A stretch of 64,000 nucleotides of DNA, taken from Alphaproteobacteria bacterium (GTDB lineage: Bacteria > Pseudomonadota > Alphaproteobacteria > Bin95). The notes beneath the pieces were generated by a model, which worked only from the letters and a program-made list of their open reading frames with translations, was not told the origin of the DNA and ran no database searches. The position numbers and the translations under genes were made by a program. The DNA is taken from contig CBDBGH010000003.1 in assembly GCA_965205265.1 (NCBI GenBank), forward strand, positions 1,984,001 through 2,048,000, written 5' to 3'. Positions 46,158-54,539 of this stretch are shown one piece after another. Within the stretch, counting starts at the first letter, position 1, and each line of letters begins with the position of its first letter.

Positions 46158-47237
46158 ATGCCCACGATCCGCCATGAGAACCTGCGCGCCGTCGTGCGCG
46201 CCGTCTGCGCCGCCGCCGGAAGCAGCGGGGACGAACCGGCCGATGTCGCCGACAACCTCGTCTATGCCAACCTCACCGGCCATGACAGCCACGGCGTCGG
46301 CATGCTGCCGCGCTATATCAGGGCGGTGCAGGAGGGCGAGCTCCGGCCGAACGCGAAGATCGACCTGCTGGCGGATACGGGCGCCATGCTGGTGGTGGAC
46401 GGCAAGGCGGGCTACGGCCAGTCGGTCGGCAGGCAGGCGATGGAACTCGCCATCGAGCGCGCGAAGCAGCATGGCGTGTGCGTCATGGCCGTGCGCCGGT
46501 CGTTCCATCTCTGCCGCATCGGCGCCTGGGGCGAGCAGTGCGCGCGGGCCGGGCTCATTTCCATCCACTATGTCAATGTCGTGGGCCATCCGGGCCTCGT
46601 GGCGCCCTGGCGCGGCTCGGATGCGCGCTTCGCCACCAATCCCTATTGCATCACCATGCCGGCAACGGGGGCGAACCCGGCAACCCAGCTCGACATGGCG
46701 ACCAGCATCGTGGCCCACGGCAAGGTCCGCGTCGCGAAGAACAAGGACGAGCAAATGGCGCCCGGCACGCTGATCGACAACAGGGGGCAGCCGACCACGG
46801 ACCCGAATGTGATGTTCGAGCGGCCGATGGGCGCGATCCTGCCGGTCGGCGGGCACAAGGGCTACGGCATGGCGCTGATGAGCGAGCTGATGGCGGGCGT
46901 GCTCTCCGGCGGCCAGACCTGCCGGCCGGAGACCGACCACGAGCAGGACACGATCCTGAACAACATGCTCTCCATCGTCTTCGACCCCACGCGGCTTGTG
47001 GACCCCGGCTTCTACAATGCCGAAATGGACGCCACCATCGCGCATGTAAAAGCCTCACCCCCCGCCGACCCCGCCCTGCCCGTCCTCGTCCCCGGAGACC
47101 CCGAACGCGCCACCCACGAAGAACGCAGCCAGGGCGGCATCCCCGTGGACGACGAAACCTGGCGGGAGCTGGAAGCGGCGGCGGTGTCGGTGGGGATCGA
47201 AGCGGCCGAATTCAGGCGGATGGCGGGGGTGAACTGA
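46158..47237 (+). CDS. Malate/lactate/ureidoglycolate dehydrogenase family (Ldh_2, YbiC/HcxB-like)
   Basis: ANLTGHDSHGVG, H..RIG.W.E, TNP, LDMATS..A.GK, HKGYG, VLVPGDPE. Confidence 0.9.
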   Translation: MPTIRHENLRAVVRAVCAAAGSSGDEPADVADNLVYANLTGHDSHGVGMLPRYIRAVQEGELRPNAKIDLLADTGAMLVVDGKAGYGQSVGRQAMELAIERAKQHGVCVMAVRRSFHLCRIGAWGEQCARAGLISIHYVNVVGHPGLVAPWRGSDARFATNPYCITMPATGANPATQLDMATSIVAHGKVRVAKNKDEQMAPGTLIDNRGQPTTDPNVMFERPMGAILPVGGHKGYGMALMSELMAGVLSGGQTCRPETDHEQDTILNNMLSIVFDPTRLVDPGFYNAEMDATIAHVKASPPADPALPVLVPGDPERATHEERSQGGIPVDDETWRELEAAAVSVGIEAAEFRRMAGVN

Positions 47238-47404
47238 AGGGGCGTTATACCAACGGCCTCAATTCGGACTCATGGCGACGGTCATGGCTTTATTATCGTC
47301 GCCCCGGTTCTCGCAGCACCCCCCTTCGTCATACCCGGACTTGTTCCGGGCATCCATGCGGCCGTCCGACGGAAGCGGTGGCGGGAGATACCCGGAACAA
47401 GTCC

Positions 47405-47747
47405 ACTGCTGTCCGGTTTAGGTTTTGCGGACAGGACGCATGGCCTGGATTCAAGCGGGTTTCCAAGGGTCCGGTCGAACCGGGACTCCGATCGACGCCC
47501 GGCGCGCCGCCCCTCTTCATCGTCATGCCCTCATATCGTCATGCCCGGACTTGTTCCGGGCATCCATGCGACCGCCGCGATGGCCCCGACGGAGATGCCC
47601 GGAACAAGTCCGGGCATGACGGAGGAGGGCGTTCGGGCACAGCGCAGGGAGGCTGTTCGGACACGATGGAGGGAAGCGGACCGGAGACACCGCGCGCGCC
47701 CAAAAACTCCGGACCGGACCGGCCCAATGATGGAACCGGACACCAGT
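47405..47747 (+). mobile_element. MITE-like element, copy 1 (343 bp)
   Basis: TIRs ACTGCTGTCCGGTT / AACCGGACACCAGT; flanking direct repeat GGAACAAGTCC at 47394-47404 and 47748-47758; near-identical inverted copy at 60385-60730. Confidence 0.88.
47537..47621. repeat. CGTC REP doublet inside MITE copy 1 (29-nt spacer)
   Basis: Perfect 28-nt inverted pair. Confidence 0.92.
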
Positions 47748-47901
47748 GGAACAAGTCCGGGTATGACGGGCAGAGGGCGTGATGGGAAAGGGTCGGGCCG
47801 CCGGTTACGGACCGAAACGAGATGTGTGCATGCGGTGGGATCGCGTCCGGGGTGACGGCCGGAGCGGCTCCACCATCGGTTCCAATCGACGACCGTTGAT
47901 A

Positions 47902-48303
47902 TCAGCTGTCCGCGGCAAACGGATTCACGATAACGAGGCCGTCGATCCGCCGTCCGGCCTGCAGGTCTTCCGTAAGAAGCGTTTCGCAACCGGCCCGGAG
48001 AGCCGAAGCGATAATCAATGAGTCGTAAAAACTGAAGCCATGCGCCTCGGCCAGCGCGACGGCGGCTTCATGCGTCTCGATATCGAGAGGCCGAATCGAG
48101 TCGAACAACTCACGCACATCCGCGACCGCCGCCGCAACGATGTTCCACTCCAGCCGGAATTTCCGCCGCAAGACATTGGCGAACTCGTTCAGCACCTGCA
48201 CACTGATGGTGCCGCCATCCATGAGCGCTCCGCGCGCGGCCTCGCCCTTTACGCCCGGCCCTTGGGCATAGACCAGGACATTCGTGTCGAAGAATGCCGT
48301 CAT
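47902..48303 (-). CDS. vapC: VapC PIN-domain toxin
   Basis: FFDTNVLVY, SVQVLNEF, FSFYDSLI.ASAL, LLTEDLQ, IVNPF. Confidence 0.93.
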   Translation of the reverse strand: MTAFFDTNVLVYAQGPGVKGEAARGALMDGGTISVQVLNEFANVLRRKFRLEWNIVAAAVADVRELFDSIRPLDIETHEAAVALAEAHGFSFYDSLIIASALRAGCETLLTEDLQAGRRIDGLVIVNPFAADS

Positions 48304-48530
48304 CGGGCGTTGGCTTCGTTCCGGTCGAAGATGTAGTCGTCAGGGATGGGCAGGGCGCGCGCGCGCATCCGTTCTATGGCGCGCAGCCTGCGTTCGTCTC
48401 TGGCAATGGCGAGGCGGCCGGGATTGGCCGACACGATCTCCAGACGATCTCCCGCCTTCAGGTCGAGAGCGTTCACCAGAGCTTTGGGCAGACGCACCGC
48501 CAAGCTGTTGCCCCATTTCGAGACCCGCAT
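48300..48530 (-). CDS. AbrB/MazE-family antitoxin
   Basis: MRVSKWGNSLAVRLP...LDLKAGD...FDRNEANAR; ATGA overlap with toxin. Confidence 0.93.
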   Translation of the reverse strand: MRVSKWGNSLAVRLPKALVNALDLKAGDRLEIVSANPGRLAIARDERRLRAIERMRARALPIPDDYIFDRNEANAR

Positions 48531-48570
48531 GGATATACTCCATGATAGACCACTACTTAAAGATATCTTA
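48531..48570. promoter_or_regulatory. Putative TA promoter/operator
   Basis: AT-rich stretch with palindrome AAGATATCTT (48560-48569) and GGATATAC next to the antitoxin start. Confidence 0.45.
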
Positions 48571-48709
48571 GGCGCTTTCCAACCGGCTTCAAGTCGAAAT
48601 CGTCTCGGAGCCTGCATGGACCGCACGCATTCTTTCCGGCCCCGCCGGGTCGAACACTCCCCGCATCGCATCTGGAGATTGCGTCCGGCCCATGTCAGGC
48701 TGGGCGGCC

Positions 48710-49524
48710 ATGACCTTCGTTTCCAACGCCCGCATGTATGCCGTCAGCCCGGAGGCCGAGGCGGAGTGGCAGGCGCTGATCGCCCATGTGGCGGCGGACG
48801 CCGGGGCGTCTTTCGAGTATCTGGCCTATGCCGCGCCGCAGCCGCTGGAGGAGTTGTGGCGCCGTCCCGATCTCGGCTGCGTGCAGATGTGCGGTTATCC
48901 GATTGCGCTCGGGATTGCCGAGGTCCTGCCGCTGGCCTCGCCCGTGCCCGCCGCGCCCTGGGCCGGGGGCAAGGCGGTTTACCGGACACCGACCTGATCG
49001 TGCGGAAGGACGCGCCCTACGCCGCGCTCGAAGACACGTTCGGCGGCGCGGTCGGCTGGACCGTCGAGCACTCGCATTCGGGCTTTAATGCGCTGCGCCA
49101 TCATCTTCTGCCCCGGCGGGGCGAGGGCCGGGCAGAGCTTTACCGGAAATCCATCGGCCATCTCGTCACGGCCCGGCGCATCCTCGACAGCGTGCTGGAC
49201 GCCAGCATCGACATCGGGCCGCTGGACGCCTACTGGCACATGCTCATGCGGAAATACGAGCCCGCGCTGACGGAGGGCGTCCGCATTCTGGACTCGACCG
49301 CGACCGCGCCGATGCCGGCCTTCGTCGCCGCGCCGGCCTTGCCTGCGGAAACGGCCGCCCGCCTGCGCGAGTCCTTTGCGGCGGCGCATACGCGGCCCTG
49401 GTTCGGGCGGTTCCGGGAGGCTCTGCTCGTCGAGGGGTTCGAGACCGTCACGCGGGAAACCTTCGCCCCGACGCTGGAATGGGACCGGGCCGCCCGCGCG
49501 GCGGGTTATACTGTGCCGGCGTGA
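48710..49524 (+). pseudogene. PhnD/SsuA-like substrate-binding-fold protein with a 2-nt frameshift near 48986
   Basis: NARMY...LW.RPDLG...MCGYP...AVYR joins TDLIVR...HSHSGFNALRH...GPLD if one AC of CGG-AC-ACC-GAC is removed. Confidence 0.78.
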
Positions 49525-51197
49525 TGGCGGAAACCGGTATGAGCTACGATTTCGATCTCGGACCCTGGTCGCGCAGGGTCTCGACGACATCGGAGGCCGC
49601 GCAGCGCTGGTTCGACCGCGGGCTGAACTGGAACTTCGCCTTCAACCATGACGAGGCGGCCGCCTGCTACAGGCGGGCGGCGGAGGCGGACCCGGCCTGC
49701 GCCATGGCCCGCTGGGGCATCGCCCATGCGATGGGCCCCTTCTACAACCGGGCGTGGATCCGCTACTCGGACGCCGAGATCGCCGAGGTGCTGCCGGCCT
49801 GCCACGAAGCGGCGGCGGCCGCGCTGTCTCTCGCGGGCGATGCGGCGCCGGCCGAACGGGCCCTCATCCATGCGCTCGCGAAGCGCTACCGGAACGGCCA
49901 TGAGCGGGACCGCGCGGTCCTGGACGCCTGGCACCGGGACTATGCCGACGCGATGCTGGAAGCCTGCCGGGCGCATCCCGACGACCCGGACATCGCCGCG
50001 CTCTATGCCGAGGCGGCAATCACCTGCACGCCCCGCCGGCTCTGGAACCCGAAGACCGGGGAGCCCGACCCGGATGCGCGCACGATGGAGGCGATGCCGG
50101 TGCTGGAGCGCTGGATGGACCGGATCGGGCGCGGCGGCCCCGCTCATCCGGGCATTCCCCACATGTATATCCACACCCTGGAAATGTCGCCCTTCCCCGA
50201 GCGCGCGCTCAAGGCCGCCGACATGCTGCGCGGTTACGCCCCCGATGCGGGCCATATGGAGCACATGCCGGCGCATATCTATGTGCTCTGCGGCGACTTT
50301 GCGCAGTCGGTCTCGCAGAGCGAACGCGCCGTGCGGGCGGACGACAAATATCTCGCCCATGCCGGGGACGGGAACTTCTACACGACCGTCCGCTGCCACG
50401 ACCTCCACCTGTTCATGTATGCGGCCATGTTCCTCGGCCAGTTCGCCAAGGCCTCCCATGCCGCCGGGCGCATCCGCAGGGTGGCAAGATCTGAGCTGAT
50501 CGCCTGGAGCGCGCCCTTCATGGCGTCCATCCTCGACGGCTATTCCGCCATGTGCACGCATGTCCGGGTCCGCTTCGGCCGCTGGCGCGAACTCGCCGAA
50601 TCGCGCGGCCCCGACGACGCCTCGTTGCGCCCGATCGGCGCCGCCATGCACGCCTACGGGCAGGGGGTGGCGCATGCCGCGCTCGGCAATATCGGCGCGG
50701 CGGAAGCGGCGAGAGGGGCGTTCGACGAGGCTGCGGCGGCGATTCCGGAGGACGCGATCTTCCTCAGCAATACGGTCCGCGACATGCTCCGGGTCGGCGA
50801 AGCCATGCTGGCGGGCGAGCTGGAATACCGGAAGGGCAATCACGACCGCGCCTTCGAGAGCCTCCGCCTGGCGGTCGCGCGCGACGACTCGCTCAACTAC
50901 ACCGAGCCCTGGGCCTGGATGCACCCGCCGCGCCACGCTCTGGGTGCGTTGCTCGCGGAGCAGGGCCTGTTCGGGGAGGCCGAGGCCGTGTTCCGCGAAG
51001 ACCTCGGCTACAGCGGCGGCCTGCCGCGCTGCTGCCAGCATCCCGACAATGTCTGGGCGCTGCAGGGGCTGGTCGAATGCGTGGAGCAGGCGGGAGACGC
51101 CAACGAACTCCGGCTGCTCCGCCAGAGGCTGGATTTCGCGAAGGCGCGCGCCGACATCCCGATAGACAGCGCCTGCTTCTGCCGCGCCGCCGCGTAG
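49524..51197 (+). CDS. TPR-like alpha-helical protein of unknown function
   Basis: AQRWFDRGL...FNHDEA, HPG..HMYIH..E, GHMEHMPAHIY, YTEPWAWMHP.RH, HPDNVW, terminal CFC; start may be 49539. Confidence 0.8.
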   Translation: MAETGMSYDFDLGPWSRRVSTTSEAAQRWFDRGLNWNFAFNHDEAAACYRRAAEADPACAMARWGIAHAMGPFYNRAWIRYSDAEIAEVLPACHEAAAAALSLAGDAAPAERALIHALAKRYRNGHERDRAVLDAWHRDYADAMLEACRAHPDDPDIAALYAEAAITCTPRRLWNPKTGEPDPDARTMEAMPVLERWMDRIGRGGPAHPGIPHMYIHTLEMSPFPERALKAADMLRGYAPDAGHMEHMPAHIYVLCGDFAQSVSQSERAVRADDKYLAHAGDGNFYTTVRCHDLHLFMYAAMFLGQFAKASHAAGRIRRVARSELIAWSAPFMASILDGYSAMCTHVRVRFGRWRELAESRGPDDASLRPIGAAMHAYGQGVAHAALGNIGAAEAARGAFDEAAAAIPEDAIFLSNTVRDMLRVGEAMLAGELEYRKGNHDRAFESLRLAVARDDSLNYTEPWAWMHPPRHALGALLAEQGLFGEAEAVFREDLGYSGGLPRCCQHPDNVWALQGLVECVEQAGDANELRLLRQRLDFAKARADIPIDSACFCRAAA

Positions 51198-51209
51198 CGC
51201 GGATCGGGC

Positions 51210-51923
51210 CTACAGGCCGAAGAGCTCCCGTACCTCCGCCGCCATCGCTTCCGTCATCGCCGCGAGCGCCTTGCGGCCCTTCTCGGCCGTCGCGCGCGTC
51301 GGGCGGCCGACCGTGCCGGAGCGGCTGTAGGCGGCGAGGCCCCTGACAACCAGCAGCGGGCGTTCGGCGAGCTCATCGGCGGCCTCCTCCATGCGGACCA
51401 GTTGCGGCCGGCAATGGAGCAGGACCGAGGTTTCGTATTCGCCCGCATGCATGTCGTCATGCACGCTGGTCTCGATGCCGGCGGCGGCGAAGGCCGCTTC
51501 CTGGATATGCCGGCCGGGACCGAGCCAGACGCAAGGGCCGTCGAGATTGGCTTCCCGCGCGAGATGCGACAGCACCAGGTTGCCGCCATGCGCATTGACG
51601 ATGGCGAGCCGGTCGATGCCGGCATGCGCAAGGCTCGCGCGCATGTCGCCGACGACCGCCGCAAGCGTATCCGCCGCCAGCCAGACCGTGCCGGGAAAGC
51701 CTGCATGCTCCTGCGAGCAGGAGACCGGCAGCACCGGCAGCAAAAGCGCGTCCGTCTTCTCCGCCAGCCCGGCGGCGAGCGCGCCTGCGATCAGGCTGTC
51801 GGTGGCGAGCGGCAGGTGGCTCCCATGCTGCTCGAACGCGCCGACGGGCAGCACGGCAAGCGCCGGCCGGCCGACATCGGCAGCGGTGCGGGCGAGGAAG
51901 GCTTCCGGTAGCATGGCCGCCAT
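51210..51923 (-). CDS. Creatininase/creatinine amidohydrolase-family protein
   Basis: LPVGAFEQHG.HLPLATD, S.EH..FPGT, VNAHGGN, HAGEYETS. Confidence 0.92.
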   Translation of the reverse strand: MAAMLPEAFLARTAADVGRPALAVLPVGAFEQHGSHLPLATDSLIAGALAAGLAEKTDALLLPVLPVSCSQEHAGFPGTVWLAADTLAAVVGDMRASLAHAGIDRLAIVNAHGGNLVLSHLAREANLDGPCVWLGPGRHIQEAAFAAAGIETSVHDDMHAGEYETSVLLHCRPQLVRMEEAADELAERPLLVVRGLAAYSRSGTVGRPTRATAEKGRKALAAMTEAMAAEVRELFGL

Positions 51924-51943
51924 CCTATCAGGAGGCGGCAGGC

Positions 51944-52699
51944 GTGAAACCCGACTATGAGCGCATTGCCGGGGATTACCGGGAGGCCCGCCCCCACTAT
52001 CCGGAGCGGCTGGTTGCGCCGATCGCCGGCTGGTTGCCGGAGGGGCCGCTGGAAGCGCTCGACGCGGGCGCAGGCACCGGCATCGGCACACGCGCACTCG
52101 CCGGCGTTCTGGGGCCGCGGGCGTCCATCCTGGCGGTGGAGCCGAGCCCGGCCATGCGGCGGGAGGCGGAGGCCGCGCCGGGCATACGCTGGCTCGACGG
52201 CAGGGCGGAGGCGCTGCCCGCGGGCGACGCCAGCATAGATCTCGTCTTCTCGGCCCAGGCGCTCCACTGGTTCGACCGCCCGGCCTTCTGGCGGGAATGC
52301 CGGCGGGTGCTGAAACCGGGCGGGACGGTCGCCATCCTCTACAACAACCGGGACTACAGGCGGGACGCCTTCGCCAGCGGCTATGAAGACCTGCTGGAGC
52401 GCTACAGCCCGGGCTACCGCCGCGACTACCGCGAGTTCGATATCCGGGGCGAGCTCGCCGCGCTCGACTGGACGGTTCGCACGCATGAGGAAGGCGAGGT
52501 CTGGACAAGGCCGATGCGCCCGGACGCCTTCATGGCGATGTCCCGTTCGTCCTCGCGGGCGCAGGCCGCGCGGGACGCCGCCGGGGCGGATGTCTTCGAC
52601 CGCGAAGTGGAGGCGCTGATGGAACGGCACGCAAAGGCCGACGGATCGGTCGAAGTGCTCTACCGCTGCGTGCTGACCCTCGCCGCGAAGGCGGGCTGA
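51944..52699 (+). CDS. Class I SAM-dependent methyltransferase
   Basis: Y...RP.YP, LDAGAGTG, AVEP, AQALHWFD, RVLKPGG. Confidence 0.92.
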   Translation: MKPDYERIAGDYREARPHYPERLVAPIAGWLPEGPLEALDAGAGTGIGTRALAGVLGPRASILAVEPSPAMRREAEAAPGIRWLDGRAEALPAGDASIDLVFSAQALHWFDRPAFWRECRRVLKPGGTVAILYNNRDYRRDAFASGYEDLLERYSPGYRRDYREFDIRGELAALDWTVRTHEEGEVWTRPMRPDAFMAMSRSSSRAQAARDAAGADVFDREVEALMERHAKADGSVEVLYRCVLTLAAKAG

Positions 52700-52705
52700 T
52701 GCGGG

Positions 52706-53293
52706 CTAAAGCACCGTCACCGCCCAGCCGGCGTCGGTCCGGTCGAAGCGGAGCGGCAGGGCGTTCGGCGCGTATTCGTCGAGGAACGCGACGCCGAGGG
52801 CGGCTGCGATGACGCGCAGATTGCCGCCATGCGCCACGATGCAGGGGACATCGCTGCCGTCGAGCGCGGCCGCCGCGGCGGATTTGGTGCGGGCGACGAA
52901 GGCTTCCAGCGTCTCGCCGCCTGCCGGCCGCGCGCGCCAGTCGAGTTCCAGCGCTGTCTGGCCGACGAGTTCCCCGAACAACCGCTCGCCGAGCCGGGGC
53001 GTGGCGTTCATCGGCACGGCGAGCCGGCGGGCGACGGCCTGGGCGGTCTCATAGGCGCGCGGATAGCTGCTGGCCTCGATGCGGGTAATGTCCCCGGCGC
53101 CGGCAAGCCGTCCGGCGGCGCGCTCCGCCTGTGCGCGCCCGGCCTCGTTCAGCGGAATGACCGGGCTCTGCACGATGAAGGTGGCATTGCCGGCGGTCTC
53201 GCCGTGCCTCAGGAAGTAGAACCGCCGCACCCCGGGCCTGAGCTCCGGCGGCGCGGCGGCAAGAGCCCTCAGCTCCTCGCCGCCCCGGATCAT
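52706..53293 (-). CDS. Histidine phosphatase family protein
   Basis: FLRHGET, RA.ETA, L.ER.FG, IVAHGG. Confidence 0.9.
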   Translation of the reverse strand: MIRGGEELRALAAAPPELRPGVRRFYFLRHGETAGNATFIVQSPVIPLNEAGRAQAERAAGRLAGAGDITRIEASSYPRAYETAQAVARRLAVPMNATPRLGERLFGELVGQTALELDWRARPAGGETLEAFVARTKSAAAAALDGSDVPCIVAHGGNLRVIAAALGVAFLDEYAPNALPLRFDRTDAGWAVTVL

Positions 53294-53303
53294 CGCGGCC
53301 GCG

Positions 53304-54512
53304 TCAAAGCGCGCCGGCCTGTTTCAGGTCCGCCACTTCCGCGGGCGGCATGTCCAGCAGCTCGCCCAGCACCGCCTCGTTGTGCTCGCCGAGCAGCGGC
53401 GCCCGCGCCACCTCCATCGCCTCGCCGCCGAAGCGCACCGGCCAGGCCGGCACCACCACCGCGCCCCGGTCCGGGTGCTCGACGGTCTGCATGATGCCCC
53501 GGCGGTGCATGTCCTCGTTCGAGATCAGGTCCTTGATGTCGAACACCGCGCCCGCCGGCACGCCCGCCCCGCCGATGGCCTCCATCACTTCCTGCTTGGT
53601 GCGCTCGCGCGTCCAGGCCGACACGTTCTCCTCGATCTCGGCCTTGTGCTCGATGCGCTTGTGGCCGTCGCAGAAGCGCGGGTCGGCCAGCATGTCCTCG
53701 CGCCCGATGGCCTTGCAGACCCGTTCCCAATGCGCCGTCAGGTCGCGGGCGACGAAGATGAAGCAATAGTCGTTCGGCCCGCCGCCCTTGCAGGGGAACA
53801 ACCCGCCCGGCGCGCCCGAGGCGACCGAATTGCCGAGCCTGGGCGCCGCTTCCTGCATCATCGGCTGGCGCGAGAAGGTGACGCGGCAATAGTTCGTCAT
53901 CGCGTCCTGCATCGCCACCTGGAGATGCTGGCCGCGCCCGGTGCGCTCGCGCTGGAAGAGCGCGGAGAGGATCGAGACGCACATATGCAGGCCGGTGCCC
54001 GTGTCGCCGATGGTGGCGCCGGGGCGGATCGGCACGCCGTCCGGCATGCCCGTGATGCTCATCACCCCGCCCGTGGCCTGGGCGATCATGTCGAAGGAAA
54101 GGTATTTCGCGTAGGGCCCGTCCGTGGCGAAGCCCTTCACCTGCGCGAAGACGAGGCGCGGGTTGAGCTTCTGCAGTTCGTCCCAGCCGAAGCCCAACCG
54201 CTCGATGGCGCCCGGCGCGAAATTCTCGATCAGCACGTCCGCCTTGGCGATCAGCCGGCGGAGGAGCTGCTTGCCGCTCTCTTCCTTGAGATTGCAGGTG
54301 ATCGAGCGCTTGTTGCAGTTGAGCAGGATGAAATAGAGCGAATCCATGTCCGCGCGCTCGGAAATCGCGAGCCGGCCCTGGTCGCCGCGCCGGGGCTCCT
54401 CGACCTTGATGACATTGGCGCCGTGCCAGGCCAGCGCCTCGGTGCAGGACGGGCCGGCTTCGAATTGGGTCAGGTCGAGCACGGTAATGCCCGCCAGCGG
54501 CGCATCGCCCAT
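53304..54512 (-). CDS. Class III CoA-transferase (formyl-CoA transferase-like)
   Basis: VLDLTQFEAGPSCT, GANVIKVE, NCNKRS, ENFAPG, IGDTGTG, APLLGEH; AGGAGG RBS. Confidence 0.93.
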   Translation of the reverse strand: MGDAPLAGITVLDLTQFEAGPSCTEALAWHGANVIKVEEPRRGDQGRLAISERADMDSLYFILLNCNKRSITCNLKEESGKQLLRRLIAKADVLIENFAPGAIERLGFGWDELQKLNPRLVFAQVKGFATDGPYAKYLSFDMIAQATGGVMSITGMPDGVPIRPGATIGDTGTGLHMCVSILSALFQRERTGRGQHLQVAMQDAMTNYCRVTFSRQPMMQEAAPRLGNSVASGAPGGLFPCKGGGPNDYCFIFVARDLTAHWERVCKAIGREDMLADPRFCDGHKRIEHKAEIEENVSAWTRERTKQEVMEAIGGAGVPAGAVFDIKDLISNEDMHRRGIMQTVEHPDRGAVVVPAWPVRFGGEAMEVARAPLLGEHNEAVLGELLDMPPAEVADLKQAGAL

Positions 54513-54539
54513 CGGTTTCCTCCTTGCTATGCTTGCCGG

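Larger units (their letters stand above)
47327..47768. repeat. CGTC REP doublet whose second unit is split by a MITE
   Basis: REP 47327-47354, 32-nt spacer, second REP gatacccggaacaagtcc / gggtatgacg interrupted at 47404. Confidence 0.88.
47246..47902. repeat. Degenerate outer element bounded by ~30-bp imperfect inverted repeats, containing nested REP and MITE
   Basis: tataccaacggcctcaattcggactcatgg (47246-47275) versus ccatcggttccaatcgacgaccgttgatat (47873-47902). Confidence 0.5.

Noticed and set aside
47327-47768. CRISPR-like array (28-nt repeats, ~30-nt spacers)
   Set aside because: Repeats alternate in orientation as isolated inverted pairs, spacers are related to each other, and there are no cas genes or leader
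47329-48021. Short ORFs such as MPGLVPGI... and HARTCSGH..., also near 25652-26096 and 60260-60924
   Set aside because: Translations of REP/MITE sequence that recur wherever the repeat occurs; no RBS or domain motifs
51210-51923. Mycofactocin system (MftE-like creatininase, GMC oxidase elsewhere)
   Set aside because: No mftA precursor, mftB or radical SAM gene; the genes are unlinked
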